NCBI GenBank assembly: GCA_028023455.1
Contig: JAQFVV010000001.1
Location: 34,658,001 to 34,722,000 of the forward strand
Reading direction: 5' to 3'
DNA length: 64,000 nt
Source: Epiperipatus broadwayi
Taxonomy: Eukaryota; Animalia; Onychophora
Shown piece after piece: positions 11,601-25,400 of this stretch. The stretch's first letter is position 1. Each line of letters opens with the position of its first letter. The notes under the pieces are model-generated. The model had not been told where the DNA came from, ran no database searches, and was given only the letters and a program-made list of their open reading frames with translations. Made by a program: the position numbers and the translations under genes.

Positions 11601-14600
11601 ATAATAGTGATACATGTTTATATTTGCATGTTTCTGTAAATTATATATCCATATATTTTTTACATATTCTCATTCATTTTTATAATGTTTTCAAGTCTTA
11701 ATTTTGTTACTTATGATCAAATCTGCCATTTATTGTAAGTTTGCTAAAATACATTTTTTTTCTTATTAAAACTGATATAAAGAAATCGTTTGTGTTGCTA
11801 AATTATGTGAAATTATTATGTGTCATCTCCAAATTGTAACTAATTTTCTAAAAAATATATATATTTATTTAAATACAGATTGTTTTATAAATTTAGATGC
11901 TTTATCTCTAAAGAATGCTAAGCACATGCTTATTTAACATTATTAAAACTTTGCTCTATACATCTTGCATATTTGTTTATTAAATATAGATAGTATATTA
12001 TTATTCCAAAACCCTTGGTTTATTTTCAAATTAGGAAATAAGTATTTGAGCAGTCAGTCTAATAATTGTAATGGTGAAAAGGAAAAATGCCTAAAAAGAA
12101 TTCCTGCATAGATTATTAATTAATTGTTTATTTTCTGCATACTCTATATTGACTTTTTATGCATCTAATTGAAGTTGCAATTTCTACAATAAAATATATA
12201 TTCCACAAAGCTAACATAATACAAAAACAAAATTAATCTTTTCTTTAATATTTTTTCAAACAAATGATTAAAATCATGCATTATTTTGTTTATTTGATTT
12301 TAATATGTCAAAGAGGGAGGGGTGTTTCTTTTTTTGAACAATATTATAAATATATCCCAAAGAAATGTGCTTATAATTGCTTTATGAAACATATGTGTGT
12401 TTGTATATATTTTTTAGAAAGAGCAAGTATTTTCAAAATCTATTATAGAAAAACTTTCAAAATCTACTATAGAAAAACGGTTATTTATTTATTGTTAACT
12501 GAAATACTGTATTATAAATATATAAATCAAAGGTTTTTAATCATATGTATATACATTACAATTTGTAAAATATAAAAACATAATAGATATAAGAATTAAA
12601 TAATTGAATTCTAATATTTTCTTATAACTTAGATATCACTTGTCTTTGAAAATCTTTAAGGAAACTTTATTGAAATATATATATTTAAAATTTTAAAAAA
12701 TCATAAATAGCTATTATATAACGTACTTGTCATGATGAATAAAAAAATATGCTGGTAAAAAATGGATAATAACTACATTTGCATATGTTCTCTTCCAATG
12801 TGTATAAGAAAAGCCAGAGAGGACTCTGGAAAACTGAATATCTCAATTAAAACTGTCATATATATAACATTTCACAAACTAATATCTGAATACTCTATGC
12901 ATGCATTGAAATCAAAAAACCTTTTCCTTACATTGAAAACTATTGATTAATGTCAATGCAAATTTCAAAACAATAATGTATTTATTGCAAACAAAATGAG
13001 CATGGTGCAAAAGTCCAGTGGAAATTCTTAAACTATTAAAACATATAGTCATTAGCAAGAAATTAAATATTTTTGAATTTATTTATAAAAAATTTTAATT
13101 TTGGAATGTATATCTAAAATAGGATGTTAAAATTATTATACATAAAAGTGTCTTTAAAGCAATATATAATATTACATTTTTAGAAGTTTCTTTTGTAAAA
13201 GTCCATTATTTTTAATCAAAAACTTCGGTCAAACCACTTCTTTTTAGGAGAATAAATTTTATAGCAAAATAAATGTAGATTATTTAATGATTTGTTTTCA
13301 TACTAACATTGATATAATATAAATTGAAAGTGCAAATATACGCATTATTAGCTGTTTTTAGGTGATTTTTACATATATATGATTCATTTCTTCTACAAAT
13401 TGGTGATAAACTTAATTTTATTTTTGTAATAAAAATAATTTAAAATTCTGGAGAATAAACTTAAAATAATTTATCAAGAAAATTCAGTATAAAACAATAC
13501 AAATTGAATTGGATATATAATTAAAAAAAATCATAATTATTAATCAATCATTGTACTTACCCTGAGAGTTGCTATCAATTCATTTTTTAAGATGTCTACA
13601 CTTGAATTCACCATGATTTATTTGTTTTCTTTTTAAGAAATAGATTTAATGATAAAATTTGTAATAAAATAATAATTATAAGTTTTATTGCCATTTTGAA
13701 AATACTATCTTAAAGAAAAATAAATTAAACTTTTCTACTATATTTACAGAAAAACATTTTATTTAGATTTTTGAATGTGGAAAGAGAAAAAAGTTTTAAA
13801 AAACTGAATTTAAACAATGCTAATTGAACAAAACTTCAATTTTGCGAGAGAGAGAAAATAAACTAAAATTCATTTTGTTGATCTGCAGTTGACAATAAAA
13901 TTGTATTTGAATTCCATAAAGCAATAAAATTGTTTTAAAATTCCACTTTATTTTTTGAAATGACAAAACTATATTTATAGTGGCATTTTTCCCCCAGCTA
14001 ATCACATATTAACTACTTTGTGTTATTATAATTTCTTATATTCTTAACTTGCAATGGCTACAATGTCATTTATATAACATAAAGGCAGCAATATATGATA
14101 CTTTTATGATATAGTTCTAATTTTGATTTTTTTTTAATTGTAAACTTTATTTAAAATAAGCTATAATTTAGGATTTAAAAAAACCATAGATTGCAAAAAA
14201 TGAAAGTTACTGATTGTATACTAATAAGAATGCTTTTAATTGGGATCAGTTGGTTACTTTATTTTAAGAAAAGAACAATTAATAATGATGAAATGTGTTA
14301 TTTTTTATTATAAGCATTATTTATAATATTCATATAAAAAACGTTCATTGATTGCAAAAGATTGAGAAATTACATTTAGACTACAATAGTATGAGATACT
14401 GCTAAACCCCAAAAAAGTGACAAAATTTACACTTTGCCAGCATAATTCACAATAATTTTTTTTTTTTTTTTTTTGCAAAATATGGATACATCTAGAAATA
14501 TCTGGGGAAGGACATCTGTTCAGATTTATAAAATTCTATGAAATTAAGGCATATGAAAATTTTTAGTGATATCATTTGTAGCCATTGAGGATTAAAAAGA

Positions 14601-17600
14601 ATTTTTTGAATAAAATCAATCTAAACATTTAAATCAAAAAATATTTTGGAAAATATGCAACTTTCGTTCAAGATTTGAATAAAGGATGAGCTCGCACAAG
14701 TGCAGTAATTACTTTGAGAACAAAAAAACCTGCTATTCCTTGCCCTTGTATATTAGATTCTCTGTGCAATTTTAGAAACTAAAGTTTTTTAGAAAAATTA
14801 ATGGCTGCATAATCTAATTGTCTTTTTACCGTCAAGTAAACAGAAAACCAACAAACAACTACTTATAGGTACAAGAGGGTGACTATGTCAAAAACCAAAG
14901 TGCCTCTATCTACTCCACAATGGAATGCATATCAAACAGTTGAGAATCAATAACCGATAAAGTGATCTAATTTCAACTTTTTAATATATGAGTTTCCCTG
15001 TATATTGTAGTGTATAATGATGGTCATAAAAATGACCCAATATTAGAAAATTCAGTCATTCTTATGTTTATATTTGTTAAGAGAATAAACCTTAATATAA
15101 TTGCAAACTTTTTGTCTTTAGATATAGTTGAGAATTAATAATTTTTCAACTGATTTGAATTTTTTTTAAAAAAAAAAAAATTAGATGTTTTCATAAATAA
15201 ATGTTGCTATATTGCAGTGGCAAATATAAATAAAAGCAACCCAGAATTAGAAATTATTTTTTTTATATTTTTTGCTTTTCTCATAATAGCTCACCTAAAT
15301 GTGTTTGAATATTGGAAAACATCTGTAGTTTTGTAATAATGGTATTCAGATTTAAATATTGATGGTAAATATTATTAAACTTTTGTATAATTTGCAACTT
15401 AAAAACTTAAACAATTTTGAATGCACAAATTAAATGAATAATAGCATACTAGTTCACAAGAGGGTAGAGTAATGGAAGTGACAGTTGGAGTCATAATCTA
15501 TGGACTTTGAGTTTCATAGTTTGTTATTCTATCTGCATTAAAACATTATGGTTGGCAAGCAAAATTTATTGTAGAGTATAGAAAGTGGGAAAGTCTTGTG
15601 TAATTATTTTATTTTGACATTAGTAAAAGTTGAATTATACAAATCTATATCTTACTTGAATTATTGCAATGTAAATATTGGTAATATTTTAAATACATTT
15701 AAATTAATCTTATTTTATAATTATTTTAATGTTTTGTTTTTTTAAGATAATAATCCAACAGTTAGTTGCTTGGGAAATTTCATAAATAACAAGTTGAGCT
15801 TCAATCCAGGAATCTGTCTTACAAGTCATCCACTCTCAGTGCACAGGCATTTAAACGAATGATTTTATAAAAATCATATGTTTTGAAAATTTTGTATTAG
15901 GAAAAAAAGATTCATATGAAACTCTACCTTTAAAAAGATCAAATTTTAAGTGATATATAGTTGTCATTGTAAACAAAAACGACAATTATATATTGTATTA
16001 TCCATAATTGTATTCTGCCACCTGCAAAACTAATGAATCATGCGAATTTTAAGTTGTTGTTTTTTTATAATTATTTTAACATACTTTTGAGGGTATTATA
16101 AAAGAAATTGTTTTGATTTTTGTCAAACCAGTTTTATAATTATTTATATATAATTGCTTTTATCAATATTTCATTATTTATCTTTCTAATTTTTTTTCAC
16201 TGCCCACATCTCATTTCTAAGATTTATAAACAATTATTATTTCTATTTTAATTATTCATACATCTATATTATAAATGACTACATTAGTTGGGGGATTAGT
16301 TTTTTGCACTTATATGTCAAAAAAAAATTTCGCCCTCTCATAACAAATTGATTTTAAAAAAGGAAAATTGTTAACAAAATTTCTAAATTAGGCACATACA
16401 AATATGTATATAATATTTTCTACATCTAGAGATTCAACGCTCTCAGTATATAGAATGTGTTTAAATTAAATAGTCTAGTTTGGCTCCTAGAACATTTTTT
16501 TTTATTATCTTTAGTTTAGAAAAGGATCATTTAGCTACTGCTGCAAGAATAGTAGGAAAGAAAGTTATGGCATTTGCAAACTTTACGTGTTATTAAATTA
16601 TTTTTGTATTAATTAAGTATTGATAATATATAAAATTATGATCATATTGATTGTCATAAAACTAACTGCATATCGGCCCTCATTTCACTTGGATGCTATT
16701 GCACTGCACACAATTATTGCCCTCAATAACAAAAAATAAATCATTAAGATATATAATTATAAAACATCACATGACTTTATAGTAAATGGCATATGTATAT
16801 AATTATGAAATCAAATTGATTTGTTTTTAAAAATGTTGTGTCTATGGAAAAATTGAATAAGTATATCTTTTAGATGTGTGAGTGCAAATCTTGTTTCTAG
16901 ATGAAGATAGCCAGAAACCAATCTGGATTTGTGACTATAGCACTGCTATCTACTAATTTCTCAACTTTGCAATAGAGATGCTATTAGCAAATAGTATACT
17001 TTACTAACATTAGTCACAAAATAAAAACTAATTACAAAATTATTTAACCACGCAATCCTTGTATCATTTTTTTTTTTATTCCACATCATTTAATTATCTA
17101 AATATTTAAAACTTAATCTGGCTCAACAATTTACTTCATTACAAACTTTTATTGATAAATTTTTATTCCAATGCTAGCAAACATTTCTTCCTACTGCAAA
17201 TTGCTATATTACTATTTAAAAATATCAATGAGTAAATATATATTAAAAAGGTGTCGCGCAACAATTTGTTTTTTTAAATGTTTATATTTAGATAGTACTT
17301 AAGTTTTGATCCAATTCTAAAAACTTGCTTTTAATTGTATTATGATTTGTTTTATTTCGTCATATAAAACATTTCTTTTAAAAGAAAATTTTACAATGTT
17401 TTTATTTTACCCATTTCGAAATAAAATGACTTTAATGCTGCCGTTATTATTAATTAGCAATATGTAGGTAAAGTATTCTATGTGTATCATAGCAATACTG
17501 TGTCAGACTTGAAAGTTAAAGGTTCTTGAATCTAAGTTTGCTGTTTAAACATCCTATAATCTGAACAACTAAATGATTAGGTTATTTATTAGACCAAAAA

Positions 17601-18149
17601 ATCTAAACTTTGAAGTGTGAGCTGGCCAATTTGAATATGTACTTAAAAAAAATTAAATGATTAATGTAAGCATTCCACTTGGCAGTTATTAATAGTGTGA
17701 ACCATTGATATATAGCAAAAATTACAACTATTCTACAGGAAGTGAATTGCATCACTTCAGCTAATAAAAATAAACTATATAGCATTATGATTTGCTCTGC
17801 ATATGTATTACAACTATTTAAAAAACAAATATTAAAAATAGAAGACAAGTTAGTGCCATTTGGAATTATATTTGATTTAATAGTTTGATGGGTTTTAGTA
17901 TAATGCATTGATTCCAAACAGATTACAGGAAAAAATAGTGATTAAAACTTAATTATTTAAGCAAGCTATAAGTTTCAATAACCATTTTGTTTCTCTCCCC
18001 CAAAGCATATTAAGACAAAAATTCAGACATAAGTTAATGCTGTAAATGTTAAATATTTTCTAGTACAAATATCCTTATAAATAATCAAATAGTTTATTAC
18101 TTGGTAGTTCTTAAGATTGAGCATTGAAAGATCCATGGAGCTAGAGATT

Positions 18150-18800
18150 TAGAAATTGCCACTATCACTGCATCAAATCATGCAGACTTTAAAATATTCC
18201 ACTGTATATTGCACCATCAATTATTTTACACAATTATTGCAATTGTTAACTTTATTCAAATAAATTTGATATGTCATTGTGAATTCCGAAACATGCTTAT
18301 GTTAGATGATGAAACTTGATTTTACCTTATTGCAAAGTTTGCAGGTTATCAAGGGGAGAAATTTTGACTAGAATTTAACAAGAATAAATTTTACAAGCAG
18401 CAAGAAAAATCATATTAATTATTAGATAAAGAATTTTGTAGAAATGCATTTTTTTCTGATATGGCAAAGCAAAATGATTCAAATATTTTTCTGCAAAATA
18501 AAACTAAACATGTATGATATATGGCATAAAATTCAGGCATTTTGGGAAAAGGTGATATTTTTCAAAATTTTGTTATCTTGCTTGGATGTATCTGAAGAAC
18601 ACTTACCACATTTATCAAAAATCTTAATATGAACCTGAAAACCTTGATTATTACATAGCTGTTTTGGATTTTTTAATTGAAGAATATGCGGAAAGATTTA
18701 CACATTTTGAAGAGCATTCTTTTGCAATGAAATTAGCTTTTGAACCATACCTGATTGATATCTCAAAAGGAACTGCAAATGGAATTAAGTGAATTGATGT
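18150..18800 (+). mobile_element. Decayed hAT (Charlie/SPIN/GTF2IRD2-type) transposase
   Basis: Collinear motifs IFHCILHHQ, IAIVNFIQ, HCEFRNML, LPYCKVCRLSRGEILTRI (cf. LPYYxxVRWLSRGxVLxR), YDIWHKIQAFWEK and QMELSEL, with frameshifts. Confidence 0.75.
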
Positions 18801-18947
18801 AGCTTTAATCTATTCTTTCAAGCAAAAAATTTCATTTTTAAAATTATTTGTCACCTATTGAGATTTTTTGTGAGCTTTATTTTTAAATACATATATTTTT
18901 CTCTTCAAAATGTAAACATTAAAAGCATTATGCTAAACTAAATATTT

Positions 18948-19272
18948 AAAATTCACAACTCAACCAAACATTACCAATGGTTTTGCTGCTACTATCGGAT
19001 CTCTAGTGTAAAGAACTGCAAATAACATTTTAACTAAACATTACCCACAATTCCACTTACCATGTATTCTTAATATTAAAAGAACATTAAATAAGTTAGT
19101 TATTTAAAAGTTCTTTTAATATTAAGGGTGTATGGTAGGTATGTGGAATTGTGGGTAATATTTAGTCTAAATATGTTATTTTGTAGTTCTTTGAATGTGA
19201 GAAGTCAGCTTTTTGCAGGAAACCATTGGTAGAGTTTATTTTCTTGGCTAGTCTGGTTGAGTTAGGAATTTG
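18948..19272. repeat. ~325-bp near-perfect palindrome (fold-back MITE-like element)
   Basis: The arms pair from aaattcacaactcaacca/tggttgagttaggaattt inward to a 5-nt centre (ttaaataa-gttag-ttatttaa, ~19097). There are many G-T and A-C type substitutions. Confidence 0.8.
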
Positions 19273-19899
19273 GGGGTAATTTTGATTACATATATTTTTG
19301 GTTCAGAAAAAATTCCATAAATGGCCAGAAAGATGAAAATTTGGCATGATAAAAGAGCTTTAGGTCCACCCTACTCCTGCCTTGATGAGTTGTCCTTTTG
19401 CATTCTAACCACAAATTTTTATGACATTGTTTAGAGAAATAGATTGAATAATCAAAAATCTGTTTATTTGCAAATTTATCACAAATCGAAAACAAATTAC
19501 TGTATTAATTTGAATGGAAATATTTTCTTTTTAAAAATAACATTTGGACAATGCAAATTTATACTGAAGACAGTTGCAAACTTATTTTATATATCTGAGT
19601 AATTGTTAATAATGAGTATCAGTATTGCAAAAAATATTTAAACTTTTAAAGCATAATTTGTTAGATTTAAGAGAAATAAATATTTATTCATTCATGTTTT
19701 AAAAACATCTCAAATATTTTGCTGATTTTAGAAATGATGTATGAAGCTTTTTCGATTTTATTTTTTTAATATTTTCAGAAATGTGAATATTTAAAATTTA
19801 TTTCAGTTGTAAACGAAAATGTCAAATTTCTGATAATTATACAGATTTTCAAGCATTCTTCAGCTATTGACTATCTTGTACAACCAATAAATATGACCA

Positions 19900-20051
19900 C
19901 ATGCATGTAAAAAGATAAATGATCTCCAGTATACATATGCACTGAACCGCATTGTTGGTCCAGCTCATCCCGCACATATATAATCAATGCTCAGTTTATT
20001 GAGATATCTTCAAACTTTAATGGACAGGCTTCAATCGATTCCACCCTCCAA
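19900..20051 (-). mobile_element. Old, internally deleted copy of the hammerhead-bearing repeat family
   Basis: Shares aaagataaat, gttggtccag, tgctcag and ctttaatggacaggcttcaatc with the 30.8/44.7 kb copies. The ribozyme core is destroyed by small deletions. Confidence 0.55.
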
Positions 20052-20559
20052 TGGTTTAATCTTAATTTCAGTGTTGAATATGAAAATAAAGAAAAATACA
20101 GAAATTGGTTAATGATGTTATTATCCTAATAACATTAATTTTACAAGATGACCATCATTTTAAAAAATGGTGGGTGCTTTTAAAAGAAAAGTTTATTGTA
20201 GCAAATAATTGATTATAATTTACCTGGCCAGAAATGATCTTCAATACTGCTTAAAAGCTGTTTTCCTTGTATAGAAATTGAAGATAATGTAAATGCAATG
20301 TATTAATATCCCAACTTATAACAAGTTTGCTATAATCCTTATTTAAACCTAGTCATTACACTTTAATAATCATTGTTAGATAATAAAATTGCAAACAATA
20401 AATTAAAAAAAGGTGGGGTGAATTGGGTAAAAAGTCATTCACTATAACTGAATCCAGACAGTGTAGTGCTATAACATTCCAGAATGTTTTCTGTTTTGCC
20501 TTCATCGTGAGATGTAGAATTGAAAATTAGAAATAACACTAGGGCATTAGTTTTAGCTT

Positions 20560-20900
20560 TGAATCTTAGATCTAGCTGACAAAGACATTATGGATGATAA
20601 CATAGTACTATATCATCTAGTATCCATTACCCAAAAGTACAGATATTTCTAGAGTAGAATGAACTGAATTGCTCTTGAATAATATGAAAGTTAAGTGGTA
20701 TTGATGACATTAATTTTCCTAAGCAAATGATAAAGGATTTATAGTTTGAATAAAATGGGTCTTTAAAAAGTATACAAACTTGCTTGGTGATAGGTTTATA
20801 TAACTGCAAGAAAGTTAATTTGAATTCAAGATGTTTTTTTTTAACTTCTGGCTATTATATTGAATAGTGTAAAGATGGCAAGTAGATGCATACGGCTTTC
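20560..20900 (-). mobile_element. Possible decayed non-LTR reverse transcriptase fragment
   Basis: The minus strand reads CLGKLMSSIPLNFHII...WILDDIVL, resembling RT motifs 4-5. Heavily decayed. Confidence 0.35.
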
Positions 20901-21399
20901 CAGTTTTGAATCTTAATTCTCATTGACAAAACAATTTAGAAACTGGTTTTGGAGTAAAAATATTGTAGCACTATCTTTTGCTAATTGATTATTATTTAAA
21001 GTTGCAGTAGATGGCTCTACAATAGGATGAAGAGAACTCTTGAAAAGCATATGATAGTTATGTGATGTTATTAGCATTAAGCATTTTATAATCAATTTAT
21101 GTTATCTTCATTTTATATAAAATTCCATGTTGAAATAAATTATTTGCTTTTCACACTTAAGTTTTGCAATGTATAAAACTATTAAAGTCTGACATTTTGA
21201 GAATAGTAATCTCATTCAGATTTTTCTTTTGTTAAAAAAATTATATACATCGCAAAAATTAAGCTTAATAGTTAGTTATTTAAATTATCATTGTCTGATG
21301 TCGATGGAGTATCAATGATTATACTACAATTCTCCATTTAGGCAGTTTAAAATTTATATCTTGATTCCAATATGAACATAGCAACACTATCTTCTCTCA

Positions 21400-21960
21400 T
21401 AAAACAATCGCAAAACATTTATAAATAAGTTTTAGTGAAGATATAAATTAAATATTAATATCGATACGCTTAATGTTTTCAAGGATTCATGCCTCATAAT
21501 CATAGCCATAATAAAATATATGCAAAGATATTTAAATAAGCCAGGGTTACATAGCCCATTTCTTCGAGATCTTGAAGCAAGTATCTTCTATTGATAGCAT
21601 GGATGTTTCCATTAATGTAGAATGCTTTTATTTTTCTTTATCATTGCTTGATTCTGAGCATAAGATTATGGGATTGACTGGTGTGAAGTTGTGTTCAGTT
21701 TGCTTGGCATGCTCCAAAAATACAGAATGTATTGTTCTGAGCTCTTGTAAGTGTACAGGTATTGAGCAAGTCTAGTGTTGATTGCAGCTTTCCATGCTAT
21801 CAATAGAAAAGATACTTGTTTTGAGATCTCGAAATTGGCTATGTAATACTGGATTATTTAAATATCTGCATATATTTTATTATAATTTTTATGATGGCTA
21901 TGATTCTGAGGCATGGATCCTCAAAAAGGTTAAGCCTATTGATATAAATGTTTTGTTTAC
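21400..21960 (-). mobile_element. Penelope-like element remnant: GIY-YIG C-terminus plus 3' end, with an inverted duplicate of the 3' end
   Basis: Minus strand 21780->21560 reads NTRLAQ..IHSVFLEHAKQTEHNFTPVNPIILCSES...LMETSML (cf. PLE KTRLxEH..SALAEH...H.F....IL). 21788-21945 (+) is an inverted copy of 21460-21605, head-to-head at ~21785. Confidence 0.62.
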
Positions 21961-22017
21961 ATAATATACAGAAGTAAAACTTTATTAAACGTAATCGCAA
22001 TATACTTTTACAACAAA

Positions 22018-22260
22018 ATGGAATTAGTATTGAGATTAATAAGGCAGATAAATTTACTTATTTCTGCTAATCCCCATCCTATAATTTTAACTGGTGATTT
22101 CGACATGCCATATTCAATTTTTGTGAAGAAATACTTCCAGTGGATTAATGCCAGACTCATGAGTGCAGACGGATTCTTTTCCACAAACTTCTTTCTACAC
22201 CAAAAAACATTCCACACTAATAGATCTATTCTGACTTTAATCTTCATATCAATCCAACAA
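22018..22260 (+). mobile_element. LINE APE-endonuclease fragment
   Basis: ORF 22018-22362 contains PIILTGDFDMP (GDFN motif) and QKTFHTNRSILTLIF (PT...S.LDL.F motif). Confidence 0.6.
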
Positions 22261-22372
22261 TCTTTTTTTTTTATCCAAATGATCAAGTTTTATTTGAGAT
22301 TTTTAGAAATTAAATTTGTGTTTTTCCCTGGTGAAAGTTTTGCGAAACTTTTTCAGCTTTAAAATTCATGTA

Positions 22373-23294
22373 CACCTGGATCTCGTTTTACACAATAGAT
22401 AGATTCCTCGGAAAACAAACGAAATCGCGCAAAAATAGACGTAACTTGCCTTGAAAAGGGGGGGGGTACGGACTGATTTTTCAAAAATTGCGTAAAAGCA
22501 AAACACCAATGTAAAATTACTTTAAAATTTGTGCAAAAAAAAAAAAATAAGGAAATAAAATATGACTAATAAAAAATTTCAAATTTGGAAAAAATTGATA
22601 CAAGACAAACTTTTTTTAACTATAATATTTAATTTTGTTCAAAATAATATATTTTTATGCATAATTTACAGTACAGTAATTTACATTTTTTATACGTTTT
22701 AATTATTATCGTTATTTGCCGATAAACACATTCATTTGCAAACTGGTAAAAAGTCGGATTTTTCATAAAAGGAAATACAACTAGCGCCAACTTCACATCA
22801 CATTAATTTCAGGTTGCCTTAAGTAATTTTTAAATTGTTAATTTACAATTAAACATCAGATTTTAATTTTTAATTGTCAAATTTAATTGTGCCCACTGCT
22901 ATTACTCACCTTTTAAAAATAAACTTTCGGACACTAAATGATTAATAATTGATTCCGTTCTTTTTTAAAAAGCAATGTGATTTAAAATGCAAAATTAAAA
23001 CGCACAATGTTTGAACAAATTTACATTATAATCTAGTAAAATTTAATGTGTGTGTACATAAAATGTGGAAATCATGATTTTAATTTCATTATTGCATAAA
23101 ATCTTACTATTATAAAGCACTGAAAATATTGAAATTACTAAGATGAAAGTCGAATTCCAATAATGTGCTATTACTTTCAATATGACGTAAGTGCATGAAA
23201 TTTATTATTTAAAGTAATAGTGCATTATCGGAGTTCAACTTCCGAAGAAACATGAATCGTGTTAAATAAATCCGCATAAAATGAGACCCAGGTG
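22373..23294 (+). mobile_element. Non-autonomous Tc1/mariner-superfamily element, copy 1 (922 bp)
   Basis: TIRs CACCTGGATCTCGTTTTA / TAAAATGAGACCCAGGTG with TA on both sides (22371-72, 23295-96). A second copy lies at 42844-43712. Confidence 0.8.
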
Positions 23295-24399
23295 TATATT
23301 TATTTTTTATTATTTTGAATACAAAAAAAATCAAAAGATGGTGGGAAAATCGAATAGGTCACCCAAAGCATCTCAAGCTCCAGGATGATAGGTACCCATT
23401 ATATATTTCGTGATTTCAAACCTTGTGAGACTACTTTGAGAAAATATTATGATGGTCTAAAATCTTGCTTTTTTTGGAAAGAGTATAATTATATTGGTAT
23501 TATAATTGGGTAATAATTATTAAAAAGCAAAAATGTTACATAATTTTTGCAGAAATGTTTTATTTTTAAATATAATGATATTTTTTCTGATATTGTTACT
23601 ATAGAGATTACAGTTGCAGGAAACAGCAATCTAGAAATGGGATCACTCAGCAGATTGTTATAATATTTAGCAATATAAAAATTACAAAAAAAAAATTAAA
23701 CTTTTAAAGCAAATTGATAGATTTGGTGGTTATTAAAAATAATTCATTCAGATTTTTGAAATTAAACACAAAAGATTTTGCAAATTGAATTAGCTTCACC
23801 TGAAATTTGATGATGGCAGCATTTTGTTTTGATTAAAGTTTAATTTTAAAATAATTCTGAAAATCAAATGTGATTTTTTAAAATTTATTTCATTTCTGAA
23901 CAAAAATATCTATTGAATGAAATCAATTTTATTGTATTCTGATAAATAATGGTTTAATATCAAAATAAAATTTAAAAGCTTAAATCTAGTAAGAAAAAAA
24001 ATGTCAATGTTAGCGGGGAAATGAGTGAATACCTGTAAGCTTTTCAGACCATCTATCACTGGCAATTAAAATTGAGTTAAAAGTCAATCAGTATTCAGAT
24101 TTAACAACACTTAGATTCTTTTAAAATCCATGACACCTGAAGCTATTTTATCAAAAATTTACATTTGTTTTTTAAAAATAAACATGTAATTGAACCTTAT
24201 AGAATCATGATTCACATTTATAAACATCTTTTTTTTTTACTGGAAAAAATAAACCCAACTAGATTGGTAAAAGAATTGGGATATAATACATCAACTAATA
24301 AATATTTAGCCTTCAACATTTAATCATAACTCAAACACTACAAATTAGTAATTAAGCCAAATATATATGGCAGATCCCCATAATTGGTTAAAAGGATAT

Positions 24400-25400
24400 A
24401 TACAATGGGTCCTTAGTTATAAATCAAAAGCAACAATACCATCCATTTTGAAAGATTCAAATGTGATAATTGAAGAAAACATGCTTAACCTTATATAACT
24501 AAATTCCAAACATTCCTATCAAACTTGCCCCTTTTTATTTAGATATGTTGAACAGCATTGAATTGCTAAATCTGATATTGCCCTCAAGTAAAGCAGGATT
24601 CATGATAATATTCATCCAAGATCTCATACAATACCCTAATTCCTGCTTAACTATCTTGAACAATTATTTACAAATTAATCATTTATCTAAACAAATTCAC
24701 ATGATTCCAGAACTTTATCCTATCTCTATAGTTACCTTCCTTTAAAAAAATAATCCTTTTCTCTTGGATAATCTTAGACCCATATTCATGACTCCACTCA
24801 TTAAAATAGTTGAATCTCTTAATAAAGATTAAGTCCAACCATTCCTTCATTATCAAAAATTTCAGTTTGCAAAAGAAAGATTTGTTTACTTCAGCCGCTA
24901 TTCTGTTTAGAGTAATGATAGACCACTTTAGGCAATGTAGAAAAGTAGCCCATTGCTGGATAAGAGGTTGCATTTGACTTAGTTCCTATACCTAAACTAC
25001 TTCAGGAATATGATATCCCATACTCTACATACTGGAAAATCTTACAAATAGAGGTTTGCATAACTCTCATTGAAAAAATACTCCCTGGATTTCATCCACA
25101 TAATTCAAGGCTCTCTTCACAACTTATCTCAACCCTTTTGGAAATAGCAAAATTCAAGGAATACATATTATAATTAACCAAACCATCTTCTATATGGATG
25201 ACTTAGTTATTTTTCTCTCATCAAAAAAACTTCCCTTACTTGAGACTATACTTAATTATACTAACAATTTTCAATCCACTTCAATAAAAACAAATCTACT
25301 TTGAATATTTTTACAGGTAAGACCATTCCTTCCAATTTTTCATTTACTCCTCATAAATTTTTAGGTTTCCCAATGCATCTCATATAATGCAATGAAAACT
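24400..25400 (+). mobile_element. Decayed R4/Dong-like non-LTR reverse transcriptase
   Basis: Collinear SSKAG (KAPG-like), PELYPISIVTFL (NYRPIT-like), CWI..VAFDLVP (WIDYxKAFDSVP-like) and INQTIFYMDDLVIF, with YMDD at 25191-25202. A HLLYMDDLKL-type motif is typical of the R4/Dong group. Confidence 0.6.

Noticed and set aside
12762-12950. Mariner-like HTH remnant (IRKARE..LNISIKTV)
   Set aside because: Short, low-complexity similarity, with no DDD domain or TIRs found.
19840-19870. Minus-strand CTGAAGA ATGCTT GAAA
   Set aside because: Stem II is essentially absent and stems I and III do not pair. At most a deleted relic.
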